Part shown: positions 1-9,712 of the stretch, one piece after another
Layout of the letters: each line of letters starts with the position of its first letter
Numbering within the stretch: position 1 is the stretch's first letter
The notes under the pieces: model-generated
The model's database searches: none
What the model was told of the DNA's origin: nothing
Seen by the model: the letters and a program-made list of their open reading frames with translations, nothing else
From: Paludibacteraceae bacterium
GTDB lineage: Bacteria > Bacteroidota > Bacteroidia > Bacteroidales > Paludibacteraceae
Length of the DNA stretch: 58,239 nt
Direction of reading: 5' to 3'
Assembly: GCA_024401515.1 (NCBI GenBank)
Contig: JAKSKY010000001.1
Span: 1-58,239 of the forward strand
Translations under genes and position numbers: made by a program

Positions 1-177
1 CAGGCATAGAGGTAAATCCCAATGCGGAAAGCAAGGAAAATATTCCCTTGTTCACTAATTTTCTGTAAGCAACACTATTTTTCACTAATCATTAATTAAG
101 TTCAATACTAGTTGGGGCAAATATAAAAACTATTATTGATATATTACAATAAAGCAAACAATTTTTTCAAAACACAA

Positions 178-1101
178 TCACAAACCTCCATTTATAAAGG
201 ATTCACATCTTTTTTTCATATTCTCCTTGATATTCGCCGCATAAAGCCATGTATCCGCAAAATGTAGATTTCCCCAAGGAAATGGTTCTTTCAAGGTCTC
301 GTTGTAACAAACTTTCGGATCAACCTCCTTACAAATGAGCAGATGATCCTTGATTTGAACGCTCGTGAAACCTGGAATCGTCTTATAACCTTGAATCTTC
401 TTGTCATATCGAATGATTCCCTTGTGCATTTCCGCAGGCGCCAACGTCTCATCGGTCTTCCAATTCAATGGATTGATGCAAACCACACTGTTGGCAAGTA
501 GCGGAGAACGTCCCTCAGGCATCACAGCAGAGTTATAGGAGATGACAACTCCGTGGTCCAACTCCCCTTGCGCAGGTTTCAGACGATGCGGATACTTCGT
601 CAACTCCTTCTCCGTAATCTCATACCCTAATAGATAGGCCGCCACCATTTGATTATATTGTTTGTCTGTCATACCATGCTTCAACAACTCCAAGAGCATC
701 TGGGAGCCTTGGCTGTGACTCAACAAAATATAGGGACGTCCTTGATTGAACTCACGCATATAATACTGGAAAGCGCGCTTCACATCTATGGCGGAAAGTT
801 TCGCGCGAAGCTTACGCTCGGTATTACTCATCGCAAAAACCTTGGTGGTCATTTGACGGTAATACGGCGCATAGAAGTTGAAATCATCGGCGGCATAGAC
901 CGCTTTGATGTAGGCTTGATTCTTACGGGCCGCATTACGCACCTCCGCCCTACTGATATCCGTGTAGGAAGGAACGGAACCACGGTTGGTCAATGGTTCG
1001 GAATTGATAGTGGGATATACATAAAAAATATCTACCGCCTTCTCCATGTTTTGGGAAGGAAAATCATACCAGTTTCTTGTGAGTGAGTATTTTGGATGCA
1101 T
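178..1101 (-). CDS. DUF3089-like alpha/beta-hydrolase-fold protein
   Basis: 307-aa ORF with a nucleophile-elbow-like LSHSQGS motif. Overall resemblance to DUF3089 proteins, recalled from memory only. Confidence 0.5.
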   Translation of the reverse strand: MHPKYSLTRNWYDFPSQNMEKAVDIFYVYPTINSEPLTNRGSVPSYTDISRAEVRNAARKNQAYIKAVYAADDFNFYAPYYRQMTTKVFAMSNTERKLRAKLSAIDVKRAFQYYMREFNQGRPYILLSHSQGSQMLLELLKHGMTDKQYNQMVAAYLLGYEITEKELTKYPHRLKPAQGELDHGVVISYNSAVMPEGRSPLLANSVVCINPLNWKTDETLAPAEMHKGIIRYDKKIQGYKTIPGFTSVQIKDHLLICKEVDPKVCYNETLKEPFPWGNLHFADTWLYAANIKENMKKRCESFINGGL

Positions 1102-1141
1102 ATTCTAACATTAATCTCCACAAAGATACGAAAAACAACAA

Positions 1142-1170
1142 AAGGAGATATGCATAAAGCCTATCTCCTT
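1142..1170 (-). terminator. Rho-independent terminator downstream of the 1193..1594 gene
   Basis: 9-bp stem aaggagata/tatctcctt with an 11-nt loop. On the minus strand the hairpin is followed by TTTTGTTGTTTTT. Confidence 0.55.
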
Positions 1171-1192
1171 CTCAATTATCGTTTGGTAAAAA

Positions 1193-1594
1193 CTATTTCT
1201 TCACGAGGATAGTGGAGAAATGCTTCTCTCCTTCACGAATCGCCAAGATATAGTTACCTGATTGCAAATCGCCCATATAAAGCTTCTCATCTGTTTTCAA
1301 AGAGGCCTCTTTGACTATTTTTCCAGAGATATCCGCTATCGAAACTTGCATGGTTTGACAACCTTTGGCTACAATCTGAAGATAATCCTCCACTGGGTTT
1401 AGGATTTGAAAATCTTCTCTATTCACATAATCGGTTGTGCCTGTACCATATGTTGGCGCAATTTCGTATTCCTCGTCATCTGGATTGGAAACTGGCGTCC
1501 ATTCTTGAGTAGATTGGGCATGAAGCGGACAAAAGCCCAAGGCCGATAACATCGACAAAATCAGTTTGTTGCTTTTTTTTCTTGTATTACTCAT
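1193..1594 (-). CDS. Small secreted protein with a T9SS type-A C-terminal sorting domain
   Basis: N-terminal signal peptide (KLILSMLSALGFCPLHA). The C-terminal ~70 aa end in GNYILAIREGEKHFSTILVKK, typical of Por/T9SS CTDs. Confidence 0.6.
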   Translation of the reverse strand: MSNTRKKSNKLILSMLSALGFCPLHAQSTQEWTPVSNPDDEEYEIAPTYGTGTTDYVNREDFQILNPVEDYLQIVAKGCQTMQVSIADISGKIVKEASLKTDEKLYMGDLQSGNYILAIREGEKHFSTILVKK

Positions 1595-1662
1595 AGATAC
1601 CCCCTTTAATTATATTAACGCACAAATTTAATAATTTTTTTTAAAACATCAACTGACAATAG

Positions 1663-1691
1663 AAAAAAGGGAGACGCTCAATGCATCTCCC
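1663..1691 (-). terminator. Rho-independent terminator downstream of the 1712..3370 gene
   Basis: Stem gggagacgc/gcatctccc (one C.A mismatch) with loop tcaat. An A-run on the plus strand gives a T-run after the hairpin on the minus strand. Confidence 0.5.
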
Positions 1692-1711
1692 TTTATACGA
1701 TATCAACTGCT

Positions 1712-3370
1712 TTATTGGCCTACATTAGGACGCTGCATGGTTGAATATTTCACAATATCAGAAGCTTGATTCTTCAGGTTCAATTGAGATGCGGGACTCA
1801 ACGTCGCCTCTATATTGATGAATGAATTCGTGTTATTTTGATCCTCTACCTGCACACGGATTTTCTCTATTTGCTTCTCCGATAACATTTTAAACATATT
1901 CAAATCAGTGGGCGTTTCAAAAGCGCATTGATAAGGATAGGCATTTAGTTCAATTTCTTTACTAGCGTGGAAAGTATGGAAAGGAAGATTCTTCAATGTT
2001 CCATCCGTAAACTTAAAATAGATGGAGCAATGGTAACTATTCACCGTTGACGAACTATTTACCCAACCATCAATTTTATATCCATCCTTAACATCGTACT
2101 TCAATTGCAAAGCCATTTCCGGGCTAACCTCCTCTGGCTTCGCCATAAAACGCCACTGCCAAGCGGATTCTTCCACTTCACACTGATCAAACGAACCTTG
2201 GTATGGAAATGCGGGATAAACTCTTTTCGCCAAATAATCGGTCGCTCTCTTCTCTGAGGCTAATTTAGGCGCTTGCGCAATGAAATCCTTCGCATAGGCC
2301 AATACATAGTCGGCGGAACGTTCCCTGAGTTTTCTCTCAGTAACATAAAAGCCGATTGGCTGTTCTAATTCGACTCTAACCATTTCCAACTTCTTGGATG
2401 CCAACTTTTCGACAAAAGCTCTATCACACGCCACCTTTAGGAAGGTCATTTTTTGGTCATTCCATTTCTCGGGACATTTAAAGATCGCAAGCGTGAATCT
2501 ATTGATCGTTTGATCCTCGAATTTGAATGAGACAAAATCACCATTAGGTCGTACACAATCATTCACTTCAGGAGCATAAATGTTAATGTAATAGAAGGTG
2601 TCTACCGTAGAGATAGTCATATCCATCATGCCTGATCGAATCGGAAGGAAAGAGGTCTCCACTTGACGCATACCTGTAAACTCATCGATATTTTTTGTAA
2701 AGTAGGTATACTGGTTAATTTTCATATCATTGGTTCTACCCAAGAAGTCTTGAGCATACGCTTGCACCTTTGTCGCATTTTCAGGATGACGAGTTACAAA
2801 ATTATAAACGCAGTGCTTATAGTTGCTTTTCACCACCACATCTACCGAAGCGATCTCTTTTTGGGCAAACAGCTCAATATCCTTCTTGTCCACGTCCAAT
2901 GTAAAGGTATAGGAGTAATGGTTTTTCATCTCTTTCGCCTCTGCCACTAAGCCTTCATATTGGAACACACGACTGGTGTTATCCGAAAAATTGAACTTTA
3001 TGGTAGAATAATTATCCATGGAGAATTTCGTAGGATCATAGAGACTCAAAATCAATTGATAATTCTTTTGGTCCGCCAAGAAACTCATACCGAACTGATG
3101 GTATTGACCCTCCAAACCAGAACCAATTTCAATGCCGGAAATGGCGGATGCGATTATGCCTCGACGAGCCTTCTTTAACTCCTTTTCGCTATAACCTGTA
3201 ATAGCCACCAAATTGGTCATTACCGTCCTGATACCAGTTTTGGAATCTACAGAATCTTTGAAATAACCGACTGTTGTTTGATCTCCCGTTTCGTTTTTTG
3301 CCTGGGCAAAAAAGATAGATGACAACAAGATTGCCACCAATAAGCTGATTTTCTTCATATATATATTCAC
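1712..3370 (-). CDS. Secreted hypothetical protein built from three tandem ~170-aa repeats
   Basis: Signal peptide MKKISLLVAILLSSIFFAQA. Three internal repeats share motifs: IKFNFSDNT / VSFKFEDQT / IYFKFTDGT, and KEIASVDVVV / KKLEMVRVEL / KQIEKIRVQV. Confidence 0.7.
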   Translation of the reverse strand: MNIYMKKISLLVAILLSSIFFAQAKNETGDQTTVGYFKDSVDSKTGIRTVMTNLVAITGYSEKELKKARRGIIASAISGIEIGSGLEGQYHQFGMSFLADQKNYQLILSLYDPTKFSMDNYSTIKFNFSDNTSRVFQYEGLVAEAKEMKNHYSYTFTLDVDKKDIELFAQKEIASVDVVVKSNYKHCVYNFVTRHPENATKVQAYAQDFLGRTNDMKINQYTYFTKNIDEFTGMRQVETSFLPIRSGMMDMTISTVDTFYYINIYAPEVNDCVRPNGDFVSFKFEDQTINRFTLAIFKCPEKWNDQKMTFLKVACDRAFVEKLASKKLEMVRVELEQPIGFYVTERKLRERSADYVLAYAKDFIAQAPKLASEKRATDYLAKRVYPAFPYQGSFDQCEVEESAWQWRFMAKPEEVSPEMALQLKYDVKDGYKIDGWVNSSSTVNSYHCSIYFKFTDGTLKNLPFHTFHASKEIELNAYPYQCAFETPTDLNMFKMLSEKQIEKIRVQVEDQNNTNSFINIEATLSPASQLNLKNQASDIVKYSTMQRPNVGQ

Positions 3371-3435
3371 ATTAAAGCAATATTAATACATCACAAATGT
3401 AGTCATAAAACACAAGAAACGAAACTACCACCAAT

Positions 3436-3473
3436 AAAAAAGGAGACGCACCGAAATGCATCTCCCTTTTTTT
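3436..3473 (-). terminator. Terminator after the oad operon (bidirectional appearance)
   Basis: Stem ggagacgc/gcatctcc, flanked by an A-run upstream and a T-run downstream. It lies 21 nt below the oadB stop. Confidence 0.6.
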
Positions 3474-3493
3474 GAAGGGTTTCCCCTATTCTA

Positions 3494-4777
3494 TTATCCC
3501 AAGAAAGAGATCAAGATACCAGCGGCAACCGCTGATCCGATCACACCTGCCACGTTAGATGACATACAATAGTTCAACACGTGGTTTCTTGAATCGTACT
3601 TCAAAGCGATATCGTTTGCCACACGTGATGCCATAGGCACAGCGCTCAAACCAGTCGCACCGATCAATGGATTGATCTTCTTCTTTGAGAAGAGGTTCAT
3701 GACCTTTACCAACAAGATACCACCGAAAATTGAGAATCCGAAAGCTAGGAATCCACCTGCCACGATACCGATGGTCTTCAAGTTCAAGAAGGCATCCACG
3801 GTCATGGTAGCTCCGACGCAAAGACCCAAGAAGATGGTTGCGGCGTTCATAATACCATTTGAAGCGGCGTTGAACAAACGGGAAGTGTTATTACCGATCT
3901 CCTTAATCAAGTTACCGAACATCAACATACCTACCAATGACACAGCATCAGGAACAACGATTGCCACGATAGTAGTAACTGCGATTGGGAAAAGAATCTT
4001 CAATACGCCCATGTTCTTAAACTCTTGCTTTGAAGGGAACTTCTTGTCTTGCTCCTTCATGTTGATCTTCAACTCCTTCTCTGAGCAGGTCAACTTCACT
4101 ACCAATGGTACAATCACTGGCACCAAAGCCATGTATGAGTAAGCTGCGATAGCGATAGGACCCAACATGTGAGGAGCCAATTTCAAAGTAGTAAAGATGG
4201 CAGTTGGTCCATCAGCACCACCGATGATGGCCAAAGAACCAGCCTCTTGCATGGTGAAGAATTGGCTTGCCACCAACAATACAGCAAAGATACCGAATTG
4301 TGCGCCAGCACCGAAGATAGCCAACTTCAAGTTACGCAACATCGGACCGAAGTCTGTCAAGGCTCCAACACCCATGAAGATGATTGGCGGAAGCAAACCA
4401 GACTTAATCAATGCGTAGTAAAGATAGTTCATGATACCCAAATCGTGAGCGATTTGAGGCAATCCCACCTCATAAATGTTGTATGGAATACCATTGGCGT
4501 CACTCCAAATAGTACCATCCGACAATGTCACGGCATTGTGATATAACACACCGTTTACAGTTGTATCTACGGCCGCATAGACACCCATACCACCACCAGG
4601 GAAGTTAGCGATCAACACACCAAACGCAATTGGGACAAGCAACAATGGCTCGTACTCCTTCTTGATACCCAAATAGAGCAAAAAGAAGGCCAATAGGATC
4701 ATGATAATGTATGAAGGGTTCTCGACAAAATTACCGAGAGCCGTCATACCATATATTTTTTCAAATATTTCTCCCAT
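3494..4777 (-). CDS. oadB: Na+-translocating decarboxylase beta subunit (OadB/MmdB family)
   Basis: 427-aa polytopic membrane protein typical of the OadB family. It sits directly downstream of the alpha subunit. Confidence 0.85.
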   Translation of the reverse strand: MGEIFEKIYGMTALGNFVENPSYIIMILLAFFLLYLGIKKEYEPLLLVPIAFGVLIANFPGGGMGVYAAVDTTVNGVLYHNAVTLSDGTIWSDANGIPYNIYEVGLPQIAHDLGIMNYLYYALIKSGLLPPIIFMGVGALTDFGPMLRNLKLAIFGAGAQFGIFAVLLVASQFFTMQEAGSLAIIGGADGPTAIFTTLKLAPHMLGPIAIAAYSYMALVPVIVPLVVKLTCSEKELKINMKEQDKKFPSKQEFKNMGVLKILFPIAVTTIVAIVVPDAVSLVGMLMFGNLIKEIGNNTSRLFNAASNGIMNAATIFLGLCVGATMTVDAFLNLKTIGIVAGGFLAFGFSIFGGILLVKVMNLFSKKKINPLIGATGLSAVPMASRVANDIALKYDSRNHVLNYCMSSNVAGVIGSAVAAGILISFLG

Positions 4778-4785
4778 GATTACGA

Positions 4786-6624
4786 TTATTTAATTTTCAT
4801 CAATACATCGTCCTCTGAAACAGAAGAACCGCTTGTTAAACAGATTTGTGTAACCACACCGTCACACTCAGCAGCGATAGCGTTGAAGGTCTTCATTGCC
4901 TCCACGTAGCAAACCACTTGGCCCTTCTTTACAGTGTCACCCACCTTAACAGGAGTGTCACCAGAGTTCTTCACCAAGTAGAATTTACCCTCCAATGGAG
5001 AGGTCAAATCATTGCCCTCACCTGGAGCAGCGGCAACAGCTGGAGCACCTGCGGCAGGAGCGGCGGCTGAACCATCGTTAGCACCGATTGTAACGTTGTA
5101 CTTCACACCGTTCACATCCACTGTAACGGTTTGAGGCAAACTTACACCACCGTTTCCAGCAGCCTTCTTTGCCTTGCGCTCGTCAAGGTCAGCCAAGAAA
5201 TCTGCCTTTGCCTTACCTGACTTGTATGCGCGGTATTGTTGTGGGTGCATAGCCAACTCGAACAACTCCTCGTCGTCTTGACCAAGCTCCCAACCCTCTT
5301 TTTGCATCTCCTCACGGAATGTATCCAAAGCGTCTGGATAGTTGCTTTGAGGATCCTCAGTGTGGAACTCACGTCCTTGCTCCTTCGCCTTAGCCACCAA
5401 TTCAGGAGCCAAAGGACCAGGCAAGTTACCTGACTTACCAAGCATCATATCCCAAATATCGTCTGCGATCATTGACCAACGCTCTTTACCCTTCTCCATT
5501 TGCATAACGTTCATGAGCGCCATGTTCTTCACATATTGAGAGAATGGAGTCACCAAGCATGGATAACCCATCATAGGCCATACATACTTCACCTCGTCGA
5601 ACAACTTGATCAACAATTCGTCTTGGCTCATCTTAGGCTTTCCGTTCTTCTCTTTCCACTTGTTGATGGATTCAAGGTTAGTCTCCAAGTCGGTCATCAA
5701 TGATCCCATCATACCACCAGGAAGACCTGGACCGATCAACAATGAGTTCATTTGACGGTTACGGGCAGGAATATAGTAACCCAAGAAGTCGTCCATCATC
5801 TCTTGAACGAGTGTACGAACCTCCATGTAAGCCTCCATGTTAATCTCCTTTACTTGGAAGCCAGCGTCCTTCAACATCGCTTGAACAGCGATAACGTCAG
5901 CGTGACCAGTACCCCAAGACAATGGTTCCATACCTACATCGACGTAGTCGCAACCAGCCTTACATACCTCCAAGATAGAAGCCATATTGAAACCAGGACC
6001 TGCGTGGCTATGATATTGGATCGTGATATCCTTGATCTCCTTGATTCTGCGGGTCAACTCACCCAAGAATACTGGACGGCCGATACCAGCCATATCCTTC
6101 AAACAGATCTCGTCGCAACCAGCCTCGATGAACTTCTTCGCCAACTCCACGTAATAATCAACTGTATGGATTGGAGAGCTAGTGATACAAAGGGAAGCTT
6201 GGGCGATCATGCCAGCCTCTTTGGAATATTTGATAGAAGGAATTACGTTACGTGAATCGTTCAAACCACAGAAGATACGAGTGATATCGGTTCCTTGTGC
6301 ATGCTTAACTTTGTAGAAAAGCTTACGAACGTCTGCAGGAACTGGGCTCATTCTCAAACCGTTCAACGCACGGTCCAACATATGAGTTTGGATACCTGCC
6401 TCATGGAAAGGCTTAGTCCATTGACGAACAGCCTTGTTTGGATTCTCTCCGAACAAAAGGTTTACTTGCTCAAAACCACCACCATTCGTCTCTACACGGT
6501 CGAAGCATCCCATCTTAATGATTGCAGGAGCTACTTTTACTAATTGGTCAACGCGTGGTACATACTTACCAGCCGCTTGCCACATGTCTCTGAAAACGAG
6601 ACTGAATTTTACTTCTTTAGCCAT
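4786..6624 (-). CDS. oadA: Oxaloacetate decarboxylase alpha subunit (carboxyltransferase plus C-terminal biotinyl domain)
   Basis: 612 aa with an N-terminal HMGL-like/5S carboxyltransferase region. An Ala/Pro-rich linker (AAAPAAGAPAVAAAPG) leads to a biotinyl-lysine motif VEAMKT. Confidence 0.85.
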   Translation of the reverse strand: MAKEVKFSLVFRDMWQAAGKYVPRVDQLVKVAPAIIKMGCFDRVETNGGGFEQVNLLFGENPNKAVRQWTKPFHEAGIQTHMLDRALNGLRMSPVPADVRKLFYKVKHAQGTDITRIFCGLNDSRNVIPSIKYSKEAGMIAQASLCITSSPIHTVDYYVELAKKFIEAGCDEICLKDMAGIGRPVFLGELTRRIKEIKDITIQYHSHAGPGFNMASILEVCKAGCDYVDVGMEPLSWGTGHADVIAVQAMLKDAGFQVKEINMEAYMEVRTLVQEMMDDFLGYYIPARNRQMNSLLIGPGLPGGMMGSLMTDLETNLESINKWKEKNGKPKMSQDELLIKLFDEVKYVWPMMGYPCLVTPFSQYVKNMALMNVMQMEKGKERWSMIADDIWDMMLGKSGNLPGPLAPELVAKAKEQGREFHTEDPQSNYPDALDTFREEMQKEGWELGQDDEELFELAMHPQQYRAYKSGKAKADFLADLDERKAKKAAGNGGVSLPQTVTVDVNGVKYNVTIGANDGSAAAPAAGAPAVAAAPGEGNDLTSPLEGKFYLVKNSGDTPVKVGDTVKKGQVVCYVEAMKTFNAIAAECDGVVTQICLTSGSSVSEDDVLMKIK

Positions 6625-6643
6625 TTTTTATATTGTAAAATTA

Positions 6644-6913
6644 TTATAATCTTTCAATCTTGTTAGCCTTTGACTTTCCATTGGTCAATTTCATGATCGC
6701 AGCGTTGATCGCTTGTGCGACACCCGCATCTACAACGGCGTTATTCGCAGGGGTAGATGACAATGTTGTCGGCTTTACCTCCTCAGGGAAGAATTTGTTC
6801 ACCAATTTAATCAGCACATTGCCGAAGAAAATAATAAATAGCAACACGCAAAAGACGGTCGCCAAACCGATTCCCATCAATTGGAGGGATTCTGTGAAAT
6901 TCGCTGTATTCAT
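6644..6913 (-). CDS. oadG: Decarboxylase gamma subunit (OadG-like single-pass membrane protein)
   Basis: Small ORF with one TM helix (LMGIGLATVFCVLLFIIFFGNVLI), first in the operon. I prefer the start at internal Met 6913 (MNTANF) over the track start at 6955. Confidence 0.6.
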   Translation of the reverse strand: MNTANFTESLQLMGIGLATVFCVLLFIIFFGNVLIKLVNKFFPEEVKPTTLSSTPANNAVVDAGVAQAINAAIMKLTNGKSKANKIERL

Positions 6914-7131
6914 AATATTCAATAAAAATTCAATATTTATACAATATTTTCCCAAATTTATATAATTTATCCCACATATATGGTATAAATGCTCAAAAAA
7001 TTAAATTCAAAACCTCGATACTATCATATTGTTACTAAATCAAATGATAGAGAAACAATATGAATAAAATTCCAGCCCATGGAAGGAAATAGTAAAAATT
7101 CGCCTGATGCTTAAATATTAAAAAAAATGCA

Positions 7132-8031
7132 TCATGAACGTTCCGGATTTGTATAAATCGGCTTAGTAGAGAAAAAATATTCATCTAGACTACCCTTTCC
7201 TCCTTGACCAATCGGCATGACATCCACATTTCCTTTTCCGCTCAAATATGGGGCCACGGCTTGGGCTATACTCTGTGCAACCTCTTGATTTAGCCCACCA
7301 TGGACACCAAAGGCATAATGAGGTGGTTCATTCGGCTCGTCAGGGAATTCCATATAAGCTAAATAGACCTCCAAAACGGTAGAAAATTCCGACAGCTTTT
7401 GCTTGATTGCATCAACCATCTCCTGTGGACAATAGGCAGGAACACCTAACCGAACCTTCCTTCTTTGTTGCTGGGGTTGCGGTTGGTTCATCATCTCTAT
7501 GATTGATCCATCCAATGTATGTTCCACCTCGGATGGAGAAAACTCCTTATGCATATAGGAGAATGGATTGAGCACATATTTCGACCCTTTGGTCGCTTCA
7601 TACAACTGACTCAATTTCAATGAAATGACATTCTTTTTCTCCTTAACTGCCCCATTGTCGTACACCTTATCCTCAGAAGTGAATACAGGTATTTCACCAC
7701 TATTAAGATTAAGGATCTGCCACTTCATCTCCTTGCCATCCGCACCCGAAGGTTCTCCTTGGGAAGTGATGATATACAGATTATCTTGTGCGAAACGTTT
7801 GTAAAATTCCATACGGGCAGGAAGATCATCGGCCGCCTTTTCAAAAAGCTCCCCCAAAGACAATGCGTCAAAATCCGCCATTTCCTTTGGAACAACCTTC
7901 TCTTCCTCCTTATTGGTTGTTTGTGGTTCTGACACTTGAGGGTTCAACACCTCCGACTCTTTCACGATGTTTTCAGGCGCACTATTTTCCTTATTCTCCT
8001 TTTTTTTCTTGAAGAAATCAAATATTCCCAT
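7132..8031 (-). CDS. SseB-family-like protein (tentative)
   Basis: 299 aa. The central region (LFEKAADDLPARMEFYKRFAQDNLYIITSQ ... IPVFTSEDKV) resembles the SseB N-terminal domain. Called from memory only. Confidence 0.4.
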   Translation of the reverse strand: MGIFDFFKKKKENKENSAPENIVKESEVLNPQVSEPQTTNKEEEKVVPKEMADFDALSLGELFEKAADDLPARMEFYKRFAQDNLYIITSQGEPSGADGKEMKWQILNLNSGEIPVFTSEDKVYDNGAVKEKKNVISLKLSQLYEATKGSKYVLNPFSYMHKEFSPSEVEHTLDGSIIEMMNQPQPQQQRRKVRLGVPAYCPQEMVDAIKQKLSEFSTVLEVYLAYMEFPDEPNEPPHYAFGVHGGLNQEVAQSIAQAVAPYLSGKGNVDVMPIGQGGKGSLDEYFFSTKPIYTNPERS

Positions 8032-8062
8032 ACTGTTTATACGATATATAAATAAAACTCAA

Positions 8063-9343
8063 TTATAAGAAAATGAACAACAACAATATATTCACCACAC
8101 AAATGACACTATAGCCCAACAACAAATCCTTGAGCAATTTCTTTCCAGAGAAGAAGGTTCCATAGGCCCACTTCACCACATTATTGCTAATGATCGCCTG
8201 GAAAGCGGCTAAAATCAACAAAGAGGCTTCCACCGAATGAGTGGATTGGAATAGGTTAATAATGAATGGATTAATATCCGTCACACCCACAATGATGGAT
8301 AGAATACGAAGACCACTGTCACCAAAATATATCAATGCGTAATGGGTCACCAAAGTGAAGGCGATGAACAAGAAGGCAAATAGAATCGCCACCTTAAATT
8401 CAAGCGGATTCTTCTCCTCCTCCTCAACTTGCTCAACCGCACCAGCAACTTGAGTCTTTCTCTTTTTCATATAAAAGAATCCTGCCACTAAGGCGGAAAC
8501 GACTATCATGATACCGAAAAGATGCCAGTAACGTTTCATCAAATCCATGTTGAATATACCCAACAGAATCATCATCTTAAAATACATCATGGTGATCGCA
8601 CAGAAAATAGCGGAGACATACTCTGACAAATCCCCGTTCTTATCCTTGGCCTTCTTTGCAAGAATGATGCAGGTGGCCGTACTACTATAGATACCGCCCA
8701 AAATACCTGTCACAATAACACCGGCATCCTTGAAGATATACTTCTTCACCAAATAGCTGGCATACGAAATACCTGAAATCACGACGGTCGCCAGCCAAAT
8801 CGAATATGGGGTCAAACCTGTCCCTTCGATAATTTCCACCTTGGGCAATATAGGCAAAATCACACCGGCTATGATCATAAACTTCGCCAAATTGATGAAC
8901 TCCTCATCGTTCATCGTCTTCGTGAATTGGATGAATTTATCCTTCATCTCAGTCAAGATCAGAACCGCCACCACAATGACGATAGCCATCCATGGTTCCT
9001 TTTCATAGACGATCGGCGCCAAACAATAGGTGATTAGGGCAATCATGATGGATGTGATGCCATAAGATCCCTTTTTGAATATCTTATGGACATAGTAAAC
9101 TACCAAAAGCATTGAGAGTGTGGCCCCACCACAAAGGAAAGGAATCAAACTGCCAGATCCGGCCAAATAGAGGATATAACCTAAAATACCGATCAATGTA
9201 AAAGTGCGGTCCGAACCGAAGGTATGAACGATTTCATCCTCCTTGGAATAGAGTTTTCTCTGTGAAAGACCAATCACCAACGACATCAACGCCACTACAA
9301 CGAATTTGACCAAATCCGAGGAAAGAATATCTGTTGTTTCCAT
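8063..9343 (-). CDS. MgtC/SapB-plus-DUF4010-type polytopic membrane protein
   Basis: 426 aa with about 10 TM segments. The N-terminal GLSQRKL..FGSDRTFTLIGILG resembles the MgtC GxxxRE..G.RT motif. Confidence 0.5.
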   Translation of the reverse strand: METTDILSSDLVKFVVVALMSLVIGLSQRKLYSKEDEIVHTFGSDRTFTLIGILGYILYLAGSGSLIPFLCGGATLSMLLVVYYVHKIFKKGSYGITSIMIALITYCLAPIVYEKEPWMAIVIVVAVLILTEMKDKFIQFTKTMNDEEFINLAKFMIIAGVILPILPKVEIIEGTGLTPYSIWLATVVISGISYASYLVKKYIFKDAGVIVTGILGGIYSSTATCIILAKKAKDKNGDLSEYVSAIFCAITMMYFKMMILLGIFNMDLMKRYWHLFGIMIVVSALVAGFFYMKKRKTQVAGAVEQVEEEEKNPLEFKVAILFAFLFIAFTLVTHYALIYFGDSGLRILSIIVGVTDINPFIINLFQSTHSVEASLLILAAFQAIISNNVVKWAYGTFFSGKKLLKDLLLGYSVICVVNILLLFIFL

Positions 9344-9502
9344 ACTATTAGACTTTACAGGGCCTAAGCATAAACATTCGCCCTAATTAATATTACCGTT
9401 CCCCTCGAAGGAGAATTCGAATGGAGTTAATAAAAGTACGGAAAATAAATGGATAGCGCAAACATTTCAGTAGAAAACAATCTAAAAAATAGATTGGGCG
9501 AA

Positions 9503-9709
9503 TCACATAATCAAACAAATTCTTCCTCCATCTTTACAAAACAGATTAGGGAAACGACAGATTACCGCATATACCTGCTTGCTGCTGACCGGATTCCCAT
9601 CTTTACGGATATGCAACCGATGGGCATTTATGTAGTCGGCAATCTGATCCGTCGTCATGCCATGACCGCTATTCGCTAAAGAAAAAACTATGGCCTCCTC
9701 GATTTTCAT
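9503..9709 (-). CDS. Small stand-alone winged-helix (HARE-HTH-like) protein
   Basis: 68 aa. The pattern EEAIVFSLANSGHGMTTDQIADYI ... V...I......F resembles HARE-HTH/wHTH domains. Confidence 0.35.
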   Translation of the reverse strand: MKIEEAIVFSLANSGHGMTTDQIADYINAHRLHIRKDGNPVSSKQVYAVICRFPNLFCKDGGRICLIM

Positions 9710-9712
9710 AAG

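Noticed and set aside
1-85. Possible 5' end of a minus-strand gene running off the left edge (GTG starts at 85 or 55; VKNSVAYRKLVNKGIFSLLSALGFTSMP...).
   Set aside because: It looks like a signal peptide. However, there is no ATG start, only about 28 codons are visible, and nothing identifies it. That is too little to call a feature.
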